IMG/VR virus record: IMGVR_UViG_3300044713_000232
Span: 11,632 to 75,631 of that record
Length of the DNA: 64,000 bases
Source of the DNA: a virus
Strand: one strand, 5' to 3'
Part shown: piece after piece, positions 1 through 9,536 of the stretch
Numbering within the stretch: the stretch's first letter is position 1
Layout: each line of letters begins with the position of its first letter
The notes under the pieces: model-generated
Seen by the model: the letters and a program-made list of their open reading frames with translations, nothing else
What the model was told of the DNA's origin: nothing
Databases searched by the model: none
Position numbers and translations under genes: made by a program

Positions 1-1236
1 GGACCCCTGGCTCTTGTGGCACGTCATCGCGTAGCCGAAGTCAAACAACGAGCCGAGCATGTCCCAGCTGTAGGCCTCGATGCCGCTCTCGTCGCGCGCC
101 TCGTCGGGGTCCTTGAACGTCTTATCGCGATTGAACTGCAAACCGCACATCCTGAAGTCCTGCGCGGCGAGCCCCTCCTCGGGGAACTCGATAGAGGCTC
201 TGTAGAGCCACGGCGTCGGGTCGGCATTGGGATCCTTAGGAACCACTTGCGCGCTATCAGCGAGTAGATACCCACGCATGCCGTTGAAGACACCGAAGCT
301 TTTCTGGTTCCGCAGGCATACGACAAGCTCCGACGCTGCCGGCGGGCCCCTCAGGGCCCGGGCCTTGCGTGCCAGTCCGTTCAGCCCCACGCGACGCTTG
401 TTCGTATAGCAGATGAGCGCGCTGTCAAAGAGAGCGTCGCGCGTCATGCCTCGCTTGAAGCGCGCCTCGACTTCACGGGGGATGTCTCTCAAGCTGCCGA
501 ATCTGACACGCGCGCCGTCGGCGAAGCGCGTATCGTAGTCGCCGGTCTCGCGAATCGCTTTGCTCAAAGCGATGATGGGGTTGCCCTCGGCTTGGCGGTG
601 GATGCGCTCCAGCCGAATGTCGGGGCGCTGCATCAGACTGCCGGTGCCTGACACGGGCGGCAGCTGGCCGTGGTCGCCGACGGCGAGAATCGGCAGGTCG
701 AAGCGCCTGATGTCGGCAAGCATGTCATCTGACACCATTGACGCCTCGTCGACGACGATGAGGTCGTAGGCTCTATCGAGTTCCGTGCGCAGCGAGAAGC
801 GTTTCTCGTGGCAGATCTCACACGGCCTCTTGACGGGCGCTTCCCCCTTCTTCCGCGGCTCCGTGCATGGGCACGGGCGGTAGATGAGGCTGTGGATGGT
901 ACCGCAGAAGTGCCTTCCCCCGAAGTCGGCGCCGTCGCGCTTCTCTTTCGCAGTGAGAATCTTGTTCGTCGTGGCGATGCCCGCGGCTTGCAGCTTGCGA
1001 GACAGCACGCTCGATGCTTTGCCGGTGAAGGCGACGAAGGCGATGAGACAGTCGGCCTCGGTGGCGAAGACGGAGAGGAGCGTCGTCTTCCCGGTACCGG
1101 CGTAGCCCCCCATCGTCAGCGTGCCTCGCCCGCCGCGCCCACCGTCGCCGCTGATGGGCACGTCGCCGACCCAGTCGGCGATGGTTTCGTAGGCTTCGAG
1201 CTGGTCGGGGGAGAGATCACTACGCGTTAGAGGCAT
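1..1236 (-). CDS. Dda/RecD2-like superfamily 1 helicase (partial, runs off window start)
   Basis: Absent from the ORF track because it has no stop in the window. Manual translation from ATG 1236 gives Walker A GYAGTGKT, AFTGKA, TIHSLIY, Walker B IVVDEASM, VGDHGQLPPV, HRQAEGNPI and FGYAMTCHKSQGS. Confidence 0.92.
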   Translation of the reverse strand, partial: MPLTRSDLSPDQLEAYETIADWVGDVPISGDGGRGGRGTLTMGGYAGTGKTTLLSVFATEADCLIAFVAFTGKASSVLSRKLQAAGIATTNKILTAKEKRDGADFGGRHFCGTIHSLIYRPCPCTEPRKKGEAPVKRPCEICHEKRFSLRTELDRAYDLIVVDEASMVSDDMLADIRRFDLPILAVGDHGQLPPVSGTGSLMQRPDIRLERIHRQAEGNPIIALSKAIRETGDYDTRFADGARVRFGSLRDIPREVEARFKRGMTRDALFDSALICYTNKRRVGLNGLARKARALRGPPAASELVVCLRNQKSFGVFNGMRGYLLADSAQVVPKDPNADPTPWLYRASIEFPEEGLAAQDFRMCGLQFNRDKTFKDPDEARDESGIEAYSWDMLGSLFDFGYAMTCHKSQGS

Positions 1237-1553
1237 CACGCCCCTCCTTTCAATTGCCTGGCGCCGCCACCGGCAAGCGCACCCTTGTTGTGCAGCGCCG
1301 CGCCTGCGCGCCGCCCCGCCTCGCGCGCCGCGCCGTTGACGTTGCTTTGAATCCGACGGGACCCCTTCTGTTTACCGTCGTCTTTGAACTTACCGGGGCG
1401 AAGCTTGCGGTGCAGCTCCGTCGCCGTGTCGAGGCGCGATGCGAGCACCATCGCGGCGCTGGAGCCGCTAGTCGCCGTGTGCGCCTGCACGGCGCCTTTG
1501 CGCGTTTGATACATCGCATCGATGACACCGTCGACAGCGCCCTTACGGTGCAC
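1236..1553 (-). CDS. Hypothetical protein, possibly a C-terminal remnant of a DUF2786-like protein
   Basis: Stop overlaps the helicase ATG. The C-terminus AREAGRRAGAALHNKGAL resembles the tails of such proteins; the start is poorly defined. Confidence 0.35.
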   Translation of the reverse strand: MHRKGAVDGVIDAMYQTRKGAVQAHTATSGSSAAMVLASRLDTATELHRKLRPGKFKDDGKQKGSRRIQSNVNGAAREAGRRAGAALHNKGALAGGGARQLKGGA

Positions 1554-1986
1554 TACGCCGCGCGCATTCGGGCCCCATTCCCTTCGCGATGCTTTCCGGC
1601 GTCGTCAGGCGTCTGCCGCACCTTCCGCAGGTGCCTTCGTGCCACACCTCAAGATCTTCTGGCAGCTTGCCGTCGCGCAGGTGAAACCAGCTCCACGCGA
1701 AAGCCATGGCGCTCGGCGCGGCGGCATCGATAGTACTCTTGCGCCCCCGCATGTAGTAGCGGTCCCGCGTGTAGATCTGGCCGAGGTAGACGTAGTCGGC
1801 GCCGTTGTCGGGCCCCATCAGCACCGCGACGAAGCGGATGTTGTCGCCTTCGGCTGGCGCCTTGATGCGATACGTGAAGCGCGCGCCAGTCTTGCGGCTC
1901 ACGAGAGTCACGATAGCGTGCCCGCCGAGTATGTAGGCGCAAGCGTCGGATGCTCGCGTGAAGCGCGCGCCGCCGCCGTCAGTCAT
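1543..1986 (-). CDS. DUF6011-like zinc-finger protein
   Basis: C-terminal CGRCGRRLTTPESIAKGMGPEC motif; exact start uncertain. Confidence 0.8.
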   Translation of the reverse strand: MTDGGGARFTRASDACAYILGGHAIVTLVSRKTGARFTYRIKAPAEGDNIRFVAVLMGPDNGADYVYLGQIYTRDRYYMRGRKSTIDAAAPSAMAFAWSWFHLRDGKLPEDLEVWHEGTCGRCGRRLTTPESIAKGMGPECARRSAP

Positions 1987-2617
1987 GGTAGTCACACGGG
2001 CGCGGCGCGCCACACTTGCAACATAGGTCGGGGTGCGCGGGCGTTCTGAAGAACGCCATCAGCGCCGACGGCGCTTCAGGCTGCGCAGCCGCATGCTCCG
2101 GGGCGCCACCGTCGACGTCTTTGACGAGCGGGTATCGCTCGACGTTCCATTCCGCGCGTCCCTCCTCGTCGAGGTATCCGAACCGTTCCTCCTCGCCGCC
2201 TTGAGATCCGTACGCAAGGCCCGGTTCGGCGCGTAGGCGCGCCGCATAGCTATCGGCGCTGAACGACTCCAAAGGCTGCGCGCACCCGTATGAGACGCAC
2301 GCCTCGACTAGAACAAGCTCGCATCGTGGCCCTTCGGCAACCAAGTCGCCGCTATGCGGACAGATGATCCCTTCCGGGGAGGCCGCTAGGCCTACCCAGT
2401 CGAGCGCGCTTTTTAGCGACAAGTCGCCCAAGTCGACGCGTTTGACCTCGCACACGTATTGCGCCTGCCCGTCGCGCTTGCACTCTTCCTCCCCGCAAGC
2501 GTCGTACATGTTCATGAAGTCGATCACGTAGTAGCTCCCGTCGAGAGCGCGTCGCGCCCACTTGCCCCCGTACTCGGGCCAGTTGACGTCGGAACCTATG
2601 TCGATCCAGCCCTTCAT
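1979..2617 (-). CDS. Hypothetical protein with C-terminal Cys/His motif
   Basis: Coding-like ORF ending ALMAFFRTPAHPDLCCKCGAPRPCDYHD. Confidence 0.7.
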   Translation of the reverse strand: MKGWIDIGSDVNWPEYGGKWARRALDGSYYVIDFMNMYDACGEEECKRDGQAQYVCEVKRVDLGDLSLKSALDWVGLAASPEGIICPHSGDLVAEGPRCELVLVEACVSYGCAQPLESFSADSYAARLRAEPGLAYGSQGGEEERFGYLDEEGRAEWNVERYPLVKDVDGGAPEHAAAQPEAPSALMAFFRTPAHPDLCCKCGAPRPCDYHD

Positions 2618-3616
2618 AGCTACACCTGCATTCCGTCTTCAAAGCGCCGCACACGGTGCGGCTCCGGGCCCGTGAGATACCACTCACGCTTTGCTTGGTG
2701 CACGCCGACGTTAGGTACGCCCGGCGAGGTACGCGAGCGCTTCGCTATACGCGCTGGCGACGGTCGTGGGTTGAAAGGTACGCGGATTCGAGCTCATGTC
2801 AGTCCTTCGTTAGTAGCCCTGTTTCCTGCCTTCAAAGAGCATGACAGCCCTCCTTTGCATCGGTCAACGCTCGCGTGCAGGCGAATGCTGACCGATACAC
2901 CGGACGCGCGCGATGCGAACGTGAGCTCCGACGTGCCAATCGTCGTAGCTTGTCGCACCGGAGAGGCAACTAGCGCCGTTACGCTTGCCGCCTCTTGCCC
3001 TAACGCGCTTGCGCGCGTCCGATATCCTCGGGCTTTGCATCATTCCTTGGGTCGCGTGGTTCCGCCACGCCGTTCGGGCTTTCATTCTTAGTGCCCCGGG
3101 CTTCCGGGCGTTTGGGTAGCCGATCGACTAACGGAGTCAGTCAACTAGCCCCTTCGCGCCAGCCCCACCCTTTGCGACGCTACGCACGCCGCACGCGGGA
3201 TGTGGATGCTATGGCCGTCGCGCCGCCCCTTCGCGTGGGGCGTATCGCCGAAGCATACCCTGCACTGCCGAGCACCGAAGGCTTTCCCTTCGATCGGACC
3301 CCGTGCTGAGCGGGCGGGGAGTCGCGCTCCCCATTCGGGACTGGTTACCCTGCCTCGGCGCCTACTGCGCGCCGTCGTGTCTCTCGTGAGTACGCGGGGA
3401 AGCGAGACGCCCTTCCCACGCGCGCCCCGTTTTCGCGGGGCCCCTCGGGCGCCTTTTCCGTCGCGCCGTCACAAGGGGATGATGCACCCCCCGTGCCACG
3501 GCTAAGTGCACGAAAAGCCGAGCGCGACTTTGCCCTAGGCGCGAAGCGTACGCACCTCCCCGCGTAGCCGCGTACGCACCTACGCGCCTCGGCGCGTCGG
3601 CAAAAGGGCGTGCCAG

Positions 3617-3790
3617 GCTCGTGCGGGTTTTCATGCGACAAGGTGGGTGCGACTCCTACCTCAGCCGTAGCGCGCCAGCCGCGCCAGAAAACGCGCACGA
3701 GCGCCGAAGCCTCCCCCCTGCCCCCGCGCCCGCCGACGTCGCCACGAGACTAGAGCGCCTCCCCGCGCGCCAGAAACCCGCACGAGCGCC
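3617..3790. repeat. Direct and inverted repeats in the non-coding region upstream of the recombinase
   Basis: gcgccagaaaacgcgcacgagcgcc (3681-3705) resembles gcgccagaaacccgcacgagcgcc (3767-3790). gctcgtgcgggttt (3617-3630) is the exact reverse complement of 3774-3787. Confidence 0.7.
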
Positions 3791-3939
3791 CCTGACCCCC
3801 CTGGCCCCCGGGGGCCCCGGGGAGCCTTTATCCGCCTTTCCCACACACGAGAATACCGGCAAAACCCTTGCCAACGGCCTTCGCGCGAGGGTATTCTCAG
3901 CTAACAGCTATTAGCCTGACGTTACAATCGGAGGCCGTT

Positions 3940-4899
3940 TTGGACGAAAAAAGCAGTAAAATCATACACTTAGATGATACTTCGCACGGGGCGGAGCTCG
4001 TATCACGTAGGAATCCGGAGGATAACTACGTCGGGAGGCTCCACACCCTCGCCGCGAAGCGCACCGGTAGGCAGGCGATAGCCCGCTTTAGGACTGTTTA
4101 CGGGCTTCCTCCCTCCTTTAGTGACTGGGGAAGGCTAGATTCGGCCGCCGCGGGGGCTATTCGCGATGCTTTACTGAGCTCCCCAAAGAGGTACAGCCCC
4201 AAAACGGTCGCCGTCACGCTCGCTGCACTGCGCGGGGTGATGGGGGAGAGCTTCGATCTGGGGTTGATTACGGCCGAAGAGTACGCGAAGGCCATGCGTA
4301 AGCTCAAAGCGCCACGCGGAAAGCGCATGCTTACGGCTCGGGAGATACCTGCGGAGGAGTTGAGGCGCCTCCGAACGTGGCTTGAGGGTCTCCCCGGGGC
4401 CTACGGGGCCGCCCTGCGGGCCATATTCACCGTCCTGATTGATGGCGGGCTGCGCGCCAGAGAGCTCTGCGAGCTCCCCGTGGCAGCGTATACGGGTGCC
4501 GGGCTGCGCTTCATCCGTAAGGGTGACAAGGAATCTACGGTCCCGCTCAACAAGCGGGCTCGCGGCGATGTGGAAGCATGGCTCGAGGCGCGCGCGGAGG
4601 AGGGGATCACGACACCGCACCTGTTCGCGCGTGTACAACGAGGGTTCATCATCGACCGACCGCTCAACGTGAGCGCTGTGGAGTACCTCTGCGACTGCGC
4701 CGCCGAGGAAGCCGGGGTACCGCGCATCAAACCGCACGACTGCCGACGCACACTGGCGACCGCGTTACTGCGCAAGGGAGTGGATGTCTTCATCGTGCAG
4801 GACATCCTAGGGCACGCGAGCTCCAAAACGACGGAGCTGTACGATATGCGCGGCGCGGATGATGTCGCTAAGGCGCGCGACGCCGTCGAGATCTGGTAG
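3940..4899 (+). CDS. Tyrosine recombinase/integrase (XerC/D-like)
   Basis: Catalytic set GLRARE, KGDK, HDCRR, LGH, LYD. Probable TTG start at 3940 after GGAGG. Confidence 0.93.
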   Translation: MDEKSSKIIHLDDTSHGAELVSRRNPEDNYVGRLHTLAAKRTGRQAIARFRTVYGLPPSFSDWGRLDSAAAGAIRDALLSSPKRYSPKTVAVTLAALRGVMGESFDLGLITAEEYAKAMRKLKAPRGKRMLTAREIPAEELRRLRTWLEGLPGAYGAALRAIFTVLIDGGLRARELCELPVAAYTGAGLRFIRKGDKESTVPLNKRARGDVEAWLEARAEEGITTPHLFARVQRGFIIDRPLNVSAVEYLCDCAAEEAGVPRIKPHDCRRTLATALLRKGVDVFIVQDILGHASSKTTELYDMRGADDVAKARDAVEIW

Positions 4900-5515
4900 G
4901 CGTCAACAGAAAACCTAGCGTCACGCGACTCAACGCTATGAACTCGTTCACTCTGAGCCCCAAAGCAGAACGCGAGTACTCCTCGCGCCTTTTTGGGGAG
5001 AAGAGGTCCAACGGATCGAGCAGTGCCGCAGTAGCAGCATCGATCCGACCGCCGGTGAGGTATGGGATGATGAGCAGCGCGTCTCCGGCCTCTGCGGCGC
5101 GCAGCGGTTTCGCCGGATTCAACGTGCCGCATTCGACGAATAACGAACCGTCTTCCGCGCACACGTCTGCCCAGCCGCCGGAGTACGCGCACCCCGACGC
5201 GCCGTCCACCCGCGCCTTCTTGTTGAGTGCATACGCGATGTATAGGCATAACTCTCGGTGCTTCCGTGTCCTACCAGAGAAGTTGGCTAGGAATCTATCG
5301 TCATCTAGTAGCTCCAACTCTTCTTGCGGTACTACATGCGGCATCGACAGGACACGGAGGACTACATCGCCGTTGTCGATCGTGTCGGCGAGTGGTGCAG
5401 CGTAGTAGTCTGGCGCAGGATCGTAACCGGGGCCGTCGTTCAACACCTCGGCAACGACAACGTCGATGGTCGCGCGCTCGCCGAACGGTTCGATGCAGCG
5501 GCGGAACGTTTTCAC
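4868..5515 (-). CDS. Hypothetical protein, possible PD-(D/E)XK-like motif
   Basis: GTGA-coupled to the upstream gene; WADV...LFVECG resembles a restriction-fold motif. Confidence 0.55.
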   Translation of the reverse strand: MKTFRRCIEPFGERATIDVVVAEVLNDGPGYDPAPDYYAAPLADTIDNGDVVLRVLSMPHVVPQEELELLDDDRFLANFSGRTRKHRELCLYIAYALNKKARVDGASGCAYSGGWADVCAEDGSLFVECGTLNPAKPLRAAEAGDALLIIPYLTGGRIDAATAALLDPLDLFSPKRREEYSRSALGLRVNEFIALSRVTLGFLLTPTRSRRRRAP

Positions 5516-6546
5516 AGCACCGGCGCCGGGCACAACGCGAGCCACTGTTGCAGCTGCCCTGCTGTGAGCTCGATCTCGTCTGTCTCCACACGCGCAATGT
5601 AGCTCGGAGGCACCGACATCGCATCAGCGAGTGCTTCTTGCGTCAGTCCTGCGTGCTCGCGGCGGTAGCGCAGCTTGATGCCGACGTTGCGCGCGTTGCG
5701 AAGCGCATCGATGTGCACGCGGGTATCGAGCTGCGTCTCGCGCGGCTCTTGGTTGTCAACGGTGAAGCCGAGCTCCGCGAGGTGTCTGTCGAGGGCGCTC
5801 CTGTAACCGAAGCTGCCCCAGTGCACAAGGCGCGTGCTGATGTCGAGATACGACTGCCCCCCGATGGCTTTGAAGCGCTGCCCTATGACGATGTCGTCGC
5901 TTTGCCAGATGCCGTCCTTGTTGACGGCGTTGTCGAAGAGCATCATGCCGGGGTACGCTGACATCAGCGCTTCGATAGCGGCGCGGCTCATGGCGAAGAA
6001 GCCACCACCGACCCAATCGGCTTCGATGAACTGGTGCCCGAGGCACTTGAAGCCCCGCAGCTGCTTGCCGACGAAGTCGTGGTTCACGGGGATGTTGCCG
6101 CAGTAGTGCGGGGCAGCATCCTCGATACACTCTTCGTAGCTTTTGCCTGCGTCGGCGCATGCTGCGCGAAACGCTAGGGGATTCAGAGAGCGCTCGGCGT
6201 AGCTGCCACCGCTGAAGTGACTGCGCCCCGACAGGATGCTGCCGACGACTGCCTTCGCATCCTCGAGACGGAACTCGGTGTCGTCGTCGAAGCTGAAGTA
6301 GACATCGTCGTCGCGCCCGCCGCCGGTGCGAGAGTGGCTCCACTTGAGGAATTCGTCGGCAAGTACGCTGCGCGCGAGATACAACGGGCACCGGCGGCTT
6401 CGCGTCGGCAGCGGCGCATCTGTGGCGTTGGCGAGCAGTAAGTCGCGGAACTCGTAGCAGCGCTTCTCGATGTTCTCGGGGAGGCCTCTCAGCGAGGGGC
6501 AACAGATGAAGACGCCGGGGACGGCGTCGGGGGGCATGAGCGACAT
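5512..6546 (-). CDS. GT-A/GT2-like glycosyltransferase fused to a C-terminal XRE helix-turn-helix
   Basis: ARSVLA, FSFDDD (DxD), VGGGFFAMSR and SDDIVIGQRFKAIGG...LVHWG, followed by GIKLRYRREHAGLTQEALADAMSVPPSYIARVE. Confidence 0.75.
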   Translation of the reverse strand: MSLMPPDAVPGVFICCPSLRGLPENIEKRCYEFRDLLLANATDAPLPTRSRRCPLYLARSVLADEFLKWSHSRTGGGRDDDVYFSFDDDTEFRLEDAKAVVGSILSGRSHFSGGSYAERSLNPLAFRAACADAGKSYEECIEDAAPHYCGNIPVNHDFVGKQLRGFKCLGHQFIEADWVGGGFFAMSRAAIEALMSAYPGMMLFDNAVNKDGIWQSDDIVIGQRFKAIGGQSYLDISTRLVHWGSFGYRSALDRHLAELGFTVDNQEPRETQLDTRVHIDALRNARNVGIKLRYRREHAGLTQEALADAMSVPPSYIARVETDEIELTAGQLQQWLALCPAPVL

Positions 6547-6857
6547 CAGCTCCTCACTTTGATGGGGTTCTCAGGGTCGATGGTGATGCCGTTCTCGGTA
6601 CACCACTTCACGTAGTCGGGGTCGGGCTTCATCAGGATGTAGACGCTGCCGCTGGCGGTAGTGACGCGGCGCCCTCTTGCGGAGACGACTTCGCTCGTCA
6701 GCACCTTGTAGTCAGCTAGCCGCGAATCTGGCTCGGGATCCCTGTAGCCCCTGAGACAGAGCCCCCCGCATTCCGGCGCGAGGTACGGATCGCGGTAGGT
6801 GCTCCACTTGTGGAGTTTGTAGACACGCTCGAGGGTCTGTTTTGCTTCCTCACGCAT
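6546..6857 (-). CDS. Phage hypothetical protein
   Basis: TSEVV...VTTASGSVYIL pattern common in small phage proteins; coupled to its neighbours. Confidence 0.7.
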   Translation of the reverse strand: MREEAKQTLERVYKLHKWSTYRDPYLAPECGGLCLRGYRDPEPDSRLADYKVLTSEVVSARGRRVTTASGSVYILMKPDPDYVKWCTENGITIDPENPIKVRS

Positions 6858-7228
6858 TAGCGCTCCCAGGTAGTGAGAATCACCGGCAAGTGCGAAACGC
6901 TGCTACTGTACTCACGCGTGCGCCAGCCGCTTGATGGCGGTACGCCCTCTTCGATGGCGGTACCTTCGGGGTAGTTGCCGGTGTCTGGTAGATCCCACGG
7001 CGGCGCGCCGTCGTCGTCGAGCGCCGCGAGCTGCATCGACGTCGCCTCCGTCGTCGGGGGCGCCTCTGGCGCCGCAGGCGGTGCGAAGATGTCTTCGGGC
7101 GCTACCACACCACACTCGTAGCAGTGCGACACTACGGGGCCGCGTACACGCCTGGAGTGCGTACACTCCATAACAAGTAGCAGCGTCTTCTTCGCCGCGG
7201 GCGGCTTCTTGCGCTTCTTGCGAGACAT
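6857..7228 (-). CDS. Hypothetical protein (basic N-terminus, CxH/CxxC)
   Basis: ATG 7228 follows AAAGGGAG. Confidence 0.55.
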   Translation of the reverse strand: MSRKKRKKPPAAKKTLLLVMECTHSRRVRGPVVSHCYECGVVAPEDIFAPPAAPEAPPTTEATSMQLAALDDDGAPPWDLPDTGNYPEGTAIEEGVPPSSGWRTREYSSSVSHLPVILTTWER

Positions 7229-7281
7229 GTCGACTCCCTTTCGAGTCGATGCTAAGTCGCGCCGAGCCGTTGCGCTAGTAG

Positions 7282-7587
7282 CTAAGGCGTTTCTGTTTCG
7301 TCGCCAGCAGGCGCTTCCGGCGCGCCTTCGGGGGCGTCTTCGCCCTCGAGCTCGCTGATGATGTCGTCGCCGATGTAGAGGTCGCCTTCCGACATGTAGG
7401 CGAAGACAGCGTCGCACTCGGCTTCGTAGGCATCCTCGACGATGGTGTGCGCGGTGGTGTGCGCGACACGCACCCAGAGCCCCTCACCGTTGCCGTAGGG
7501 CACCCAGAGAAAGCAGTCGTTCGCTCGCCGGATCATCCCGGCGAGCTCGCGCGGCGTCACGACATCCGAAGCTTCTTCGTCGGGCAT
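7282..7587 (-). CDS. Acidic hypothetical protein
   Basis: ATG 7587 follows GGAGGA. Confidence 0.65.
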   Translation of the reverse strand: MPDEEASDVVTPRELAGMIRRANDCFLWVPYGNGEGLWVRVAHTTAHTIVEDAYEAECDAVFAYMSEGDLYIGDDIISELEGEDAPEGAPEAPAGDETETP

Positions 7588-7591
7588 AGCG

Positions 7592-7807
7592 TCAGTCCTC
7601 CTCCGTGGCGTCATCGTCGTAGGCGTCGCGCAGTTTCTCCGCGCGCGTCTCGATGTCTTTGATCTTGCTGCGTGCGCGCTTGGTGCGCGAAGAGACCTCG
7701 CGCGCGCCAGCGTCGACGTCCTCAAAGACGGCGTCGAGCGCGCGCCCCACGGCCTTGACGCCGGTGGCGTAGAAGCTACGCAGGAGGTGCTTTGCGGCGG
7801 GGTGCAT
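7592..7807 (-). CDS. Small coiled-coil hypothetical protein
   Basis: ORF preceded by TGcTAGGCT-N6-ATG. Confidence 0.65.
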   Translation of the reverse strand: MHPAAKHLLRSFYATGVKAVGRALDAVFEDVDAGAREVSSRTKRARSKIKDIETRAEKLRDAYDDDATEED

Positions 7808-7824
7808 GGGGTTAGCCTAGCATG

Positions 7825-7995
7825 TCAACGGAACAGCCACGAGGCGCACTCCTTCACTACGTGCGGGTAGCCACACGAGGCGCCAGCGGTGTAGCTAATC
7901 GCTACCACCGTCAGCAGAAAGAGCAGGAAGTTGCGGCACCCGCGGGGTTCGTCGTGGGTATCAGTCTCGTAGTCGCTCTGCAACGGGTACCTCAT
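7825..7995 (-). CDS. Small single-TM protein (56 aa)
   Basis: Manual translation MRYPLQSDYETDTHDEPRGCRNFLLFLLTVVAISYTAGASCGYPHVVKECASWLFR fills the intergenic gap. Confidence 0.5.
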   Translation of the reverse strand: MRYPLQSDYETDTHDEPRGCRNFLLFLLTVVAISYTAGASCGYPHVVKECASWLFR

Positions 7996-7997
7996 TC

Positions 7998-8744
7998 TCA
8001 TGCAGCGTAGCGACAGCCGCGCCGGCTAGCACGGCTCGAGTGGTGCTTCTTGTTCTCGAATGCGCGTCCTGTCAGACTGCCGACCAGTCTCACGCCGCTT
8101 GTCGGCACAGCGACGATAGCGGCGTCGATGTACGCGCCTGGCTGCCTGAGGATGACGTAGCCACCAGGGGTACAGCCAGTTACCGACGTCAACGCACCTT
8201 GCTTGTCGTAGGGGCCGCTGGCGCCTGGGTCGAAAGCGGCAGTATAGAGGAAGTTCGGCACCATGACGCTATCAGCGTCGGCGTAGTCAGTGCCCTGCAC
8301 GCGGTCGCACGTCTCGAAGGCCTCTTCGGTGCCATCGGCTCTGTCGGCCCAGCGGTTGGCGCCCGGGTCTCCGGCTGTTTCCGCTAGCTCGTGCCCCACG
8401 CCGACGCTGACAGGCATCTTGCTGCTGCTGTCGCCGAGCCAGCTGTCGAACTCGTCGAGCATCGCGTAGATGATGGGGGTGCCATCGGCTTGCCGGTCGT
8501 GGTACGCGGCCGCATTCGGAACCGCGGTGTTGTCGTCGACGAGGTAGACGGGCGCTTCGCCTGATTGCGCGATGCCGTCGGCGGCGTAGCGCGCTTCGTA
8601 GTCGCCACCCCACACCGGCGCGAAGTCTTGGTTCAGCCAGTTAGCCAGCGACGTGGCCATCTGCTCCAGCACTGGGGCCGTGACGGGGCCGTACCCCGGA
8701 TCCTTCGTCGATTGATTGATGAGGCAGAAACACATCGAGGGCAT
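7998..8744 (-). CDS. Putative zinc metallopeptidase-like protein (HExxE)
   Basis: AAYH...GHELAETAGDP...ETCDRV motifs. Confidence 0.65.
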   Translation of the reverse strand: MPSMCFCLINQSTKDPGYGPVTAPVLEQMATSLANWLNQDFAPVWGGDYEARYAADGIAQSGEAPVYLVDDNTAVPNAAAYHDRQADGTPIIYAMLDEFDSWLGDSSSKMPVSVGVGHELAETAGDPGANRWADRADGTEEAFETCDRVQGTDYADADSVMVPNFLYTAAFDPGASGPYDKQGALTSVTGCTPGGYVILRQPGAYIDAAIVAVPTSGVRLVGSLTGRAFENKKHHSSRASRRGCRYAA

Positions 8745-8998
8745 CAGTTACTCTCCTCTACGGCCTGTTCCGCGCGTCGTTCGCGCGCCATGCGGGCGAA
8801 GTCGAGCGCGTCTTCGCTTGCTAGAAACTCATCGCAGAAGGGAAGCGTGTGCAACGCAGCGGCAGTTGACTCGAAGACACCAGGCTCCACCTCAAAGGGG
8901 AACTCGCTGTCGAGGGTGTACTCCCCGTCGCAGAAGGGGCACGGCGCCGTTACACACGTCGGAACCGCGCCTTTACGCTGCCACTTGACGTTAGCCAT
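8744..8998 (-). CDS. Small zinc-binding hypothetical protein
   Basis: CPFC...HTLPFC. Confidence 0.55.
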   Translation of the reverse strand: MANVKWQRKGAVPTCVTAPCPFCDGEYTLDSEFPFEVEPGVFESTAAALHTLPFCDEFLASEDALDFARMARERRAEQAVEESN

Positions 8999-9182
8999 CT
9001 TTCTGCTCCAGCAGCTTCGCGTACTCCAGCGCAACCTTATCAGCTCGGCGTTTGGCTGCCATGTAAGCTCTGTTGAAGCCAATGCCGGGGCCGGGTTGCT
9101 GCCACAAGAGCTGCATGTCTTCCAGCAGCTCTCGCAGCTCCTTGCGCACTTCCGCGAGAGACCGTGGCGCCGAAGCTGTCAC
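8991..9182 (-). CDS. Small hypothetical protein
   Basis: ORF preceded by TACGCT-N7-GTG. Confidence 0.55.
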   Translation of the reverse strand: MTASAPRSLAEVRKELRELLEDMQLLWQQPGPGIGFNRAYMAAKRRADKVALEYAKLLEQKDG

Positions 9183-9215
9183 TGAGTACAGCGTACGGCG
9201 CCTCGGGGCGGATAG

Positions 9216-9536
9216 CTAGTGGCTTTCCTTGGCGGGGTGGTTCACCGTCGGAGCGCCACCGTCAGTGACGGCCTTGATGGCGAACGGCGGGGCGCCCTGC
9301 GCTGCGAGCAGGCTCGCGATGATGTCTTCGACGACCGAGAGCTCCGCGCCACCGCAGTGCATGGCGATGTCGGCGACGTTCGTATCGCCACTCTGGAGCT
9401 GGCCCTCGACGCAGGAGACGAGGTTGCCGACGTCGACGGGCGTCGAAGCGGGCGGCGTGTTGCACGCCACATCGCTCGCTACGAGCGCGGCGATGATGGC
9501 GACTGCGCCGATTATGAGTCTATCGTTCTGGTGCAT
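9216..9536 (-). CDS. Putative lipoprotein (possibly spanin-like)
   Basis: Hydrophobic signal ending VAC; AAAGGA before ATG 9536. Confidence 0.55.
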   Translation of the reverse strand: MHQNDRLIIGAVAIIAALVASDVACNTPPASTPVDVGNLVSCVEGQLQSGDTNVADIAMHCGGAELSVVEDIIASLLAAQGAPPFAIKAVTDGGAPTVNHPAKESH

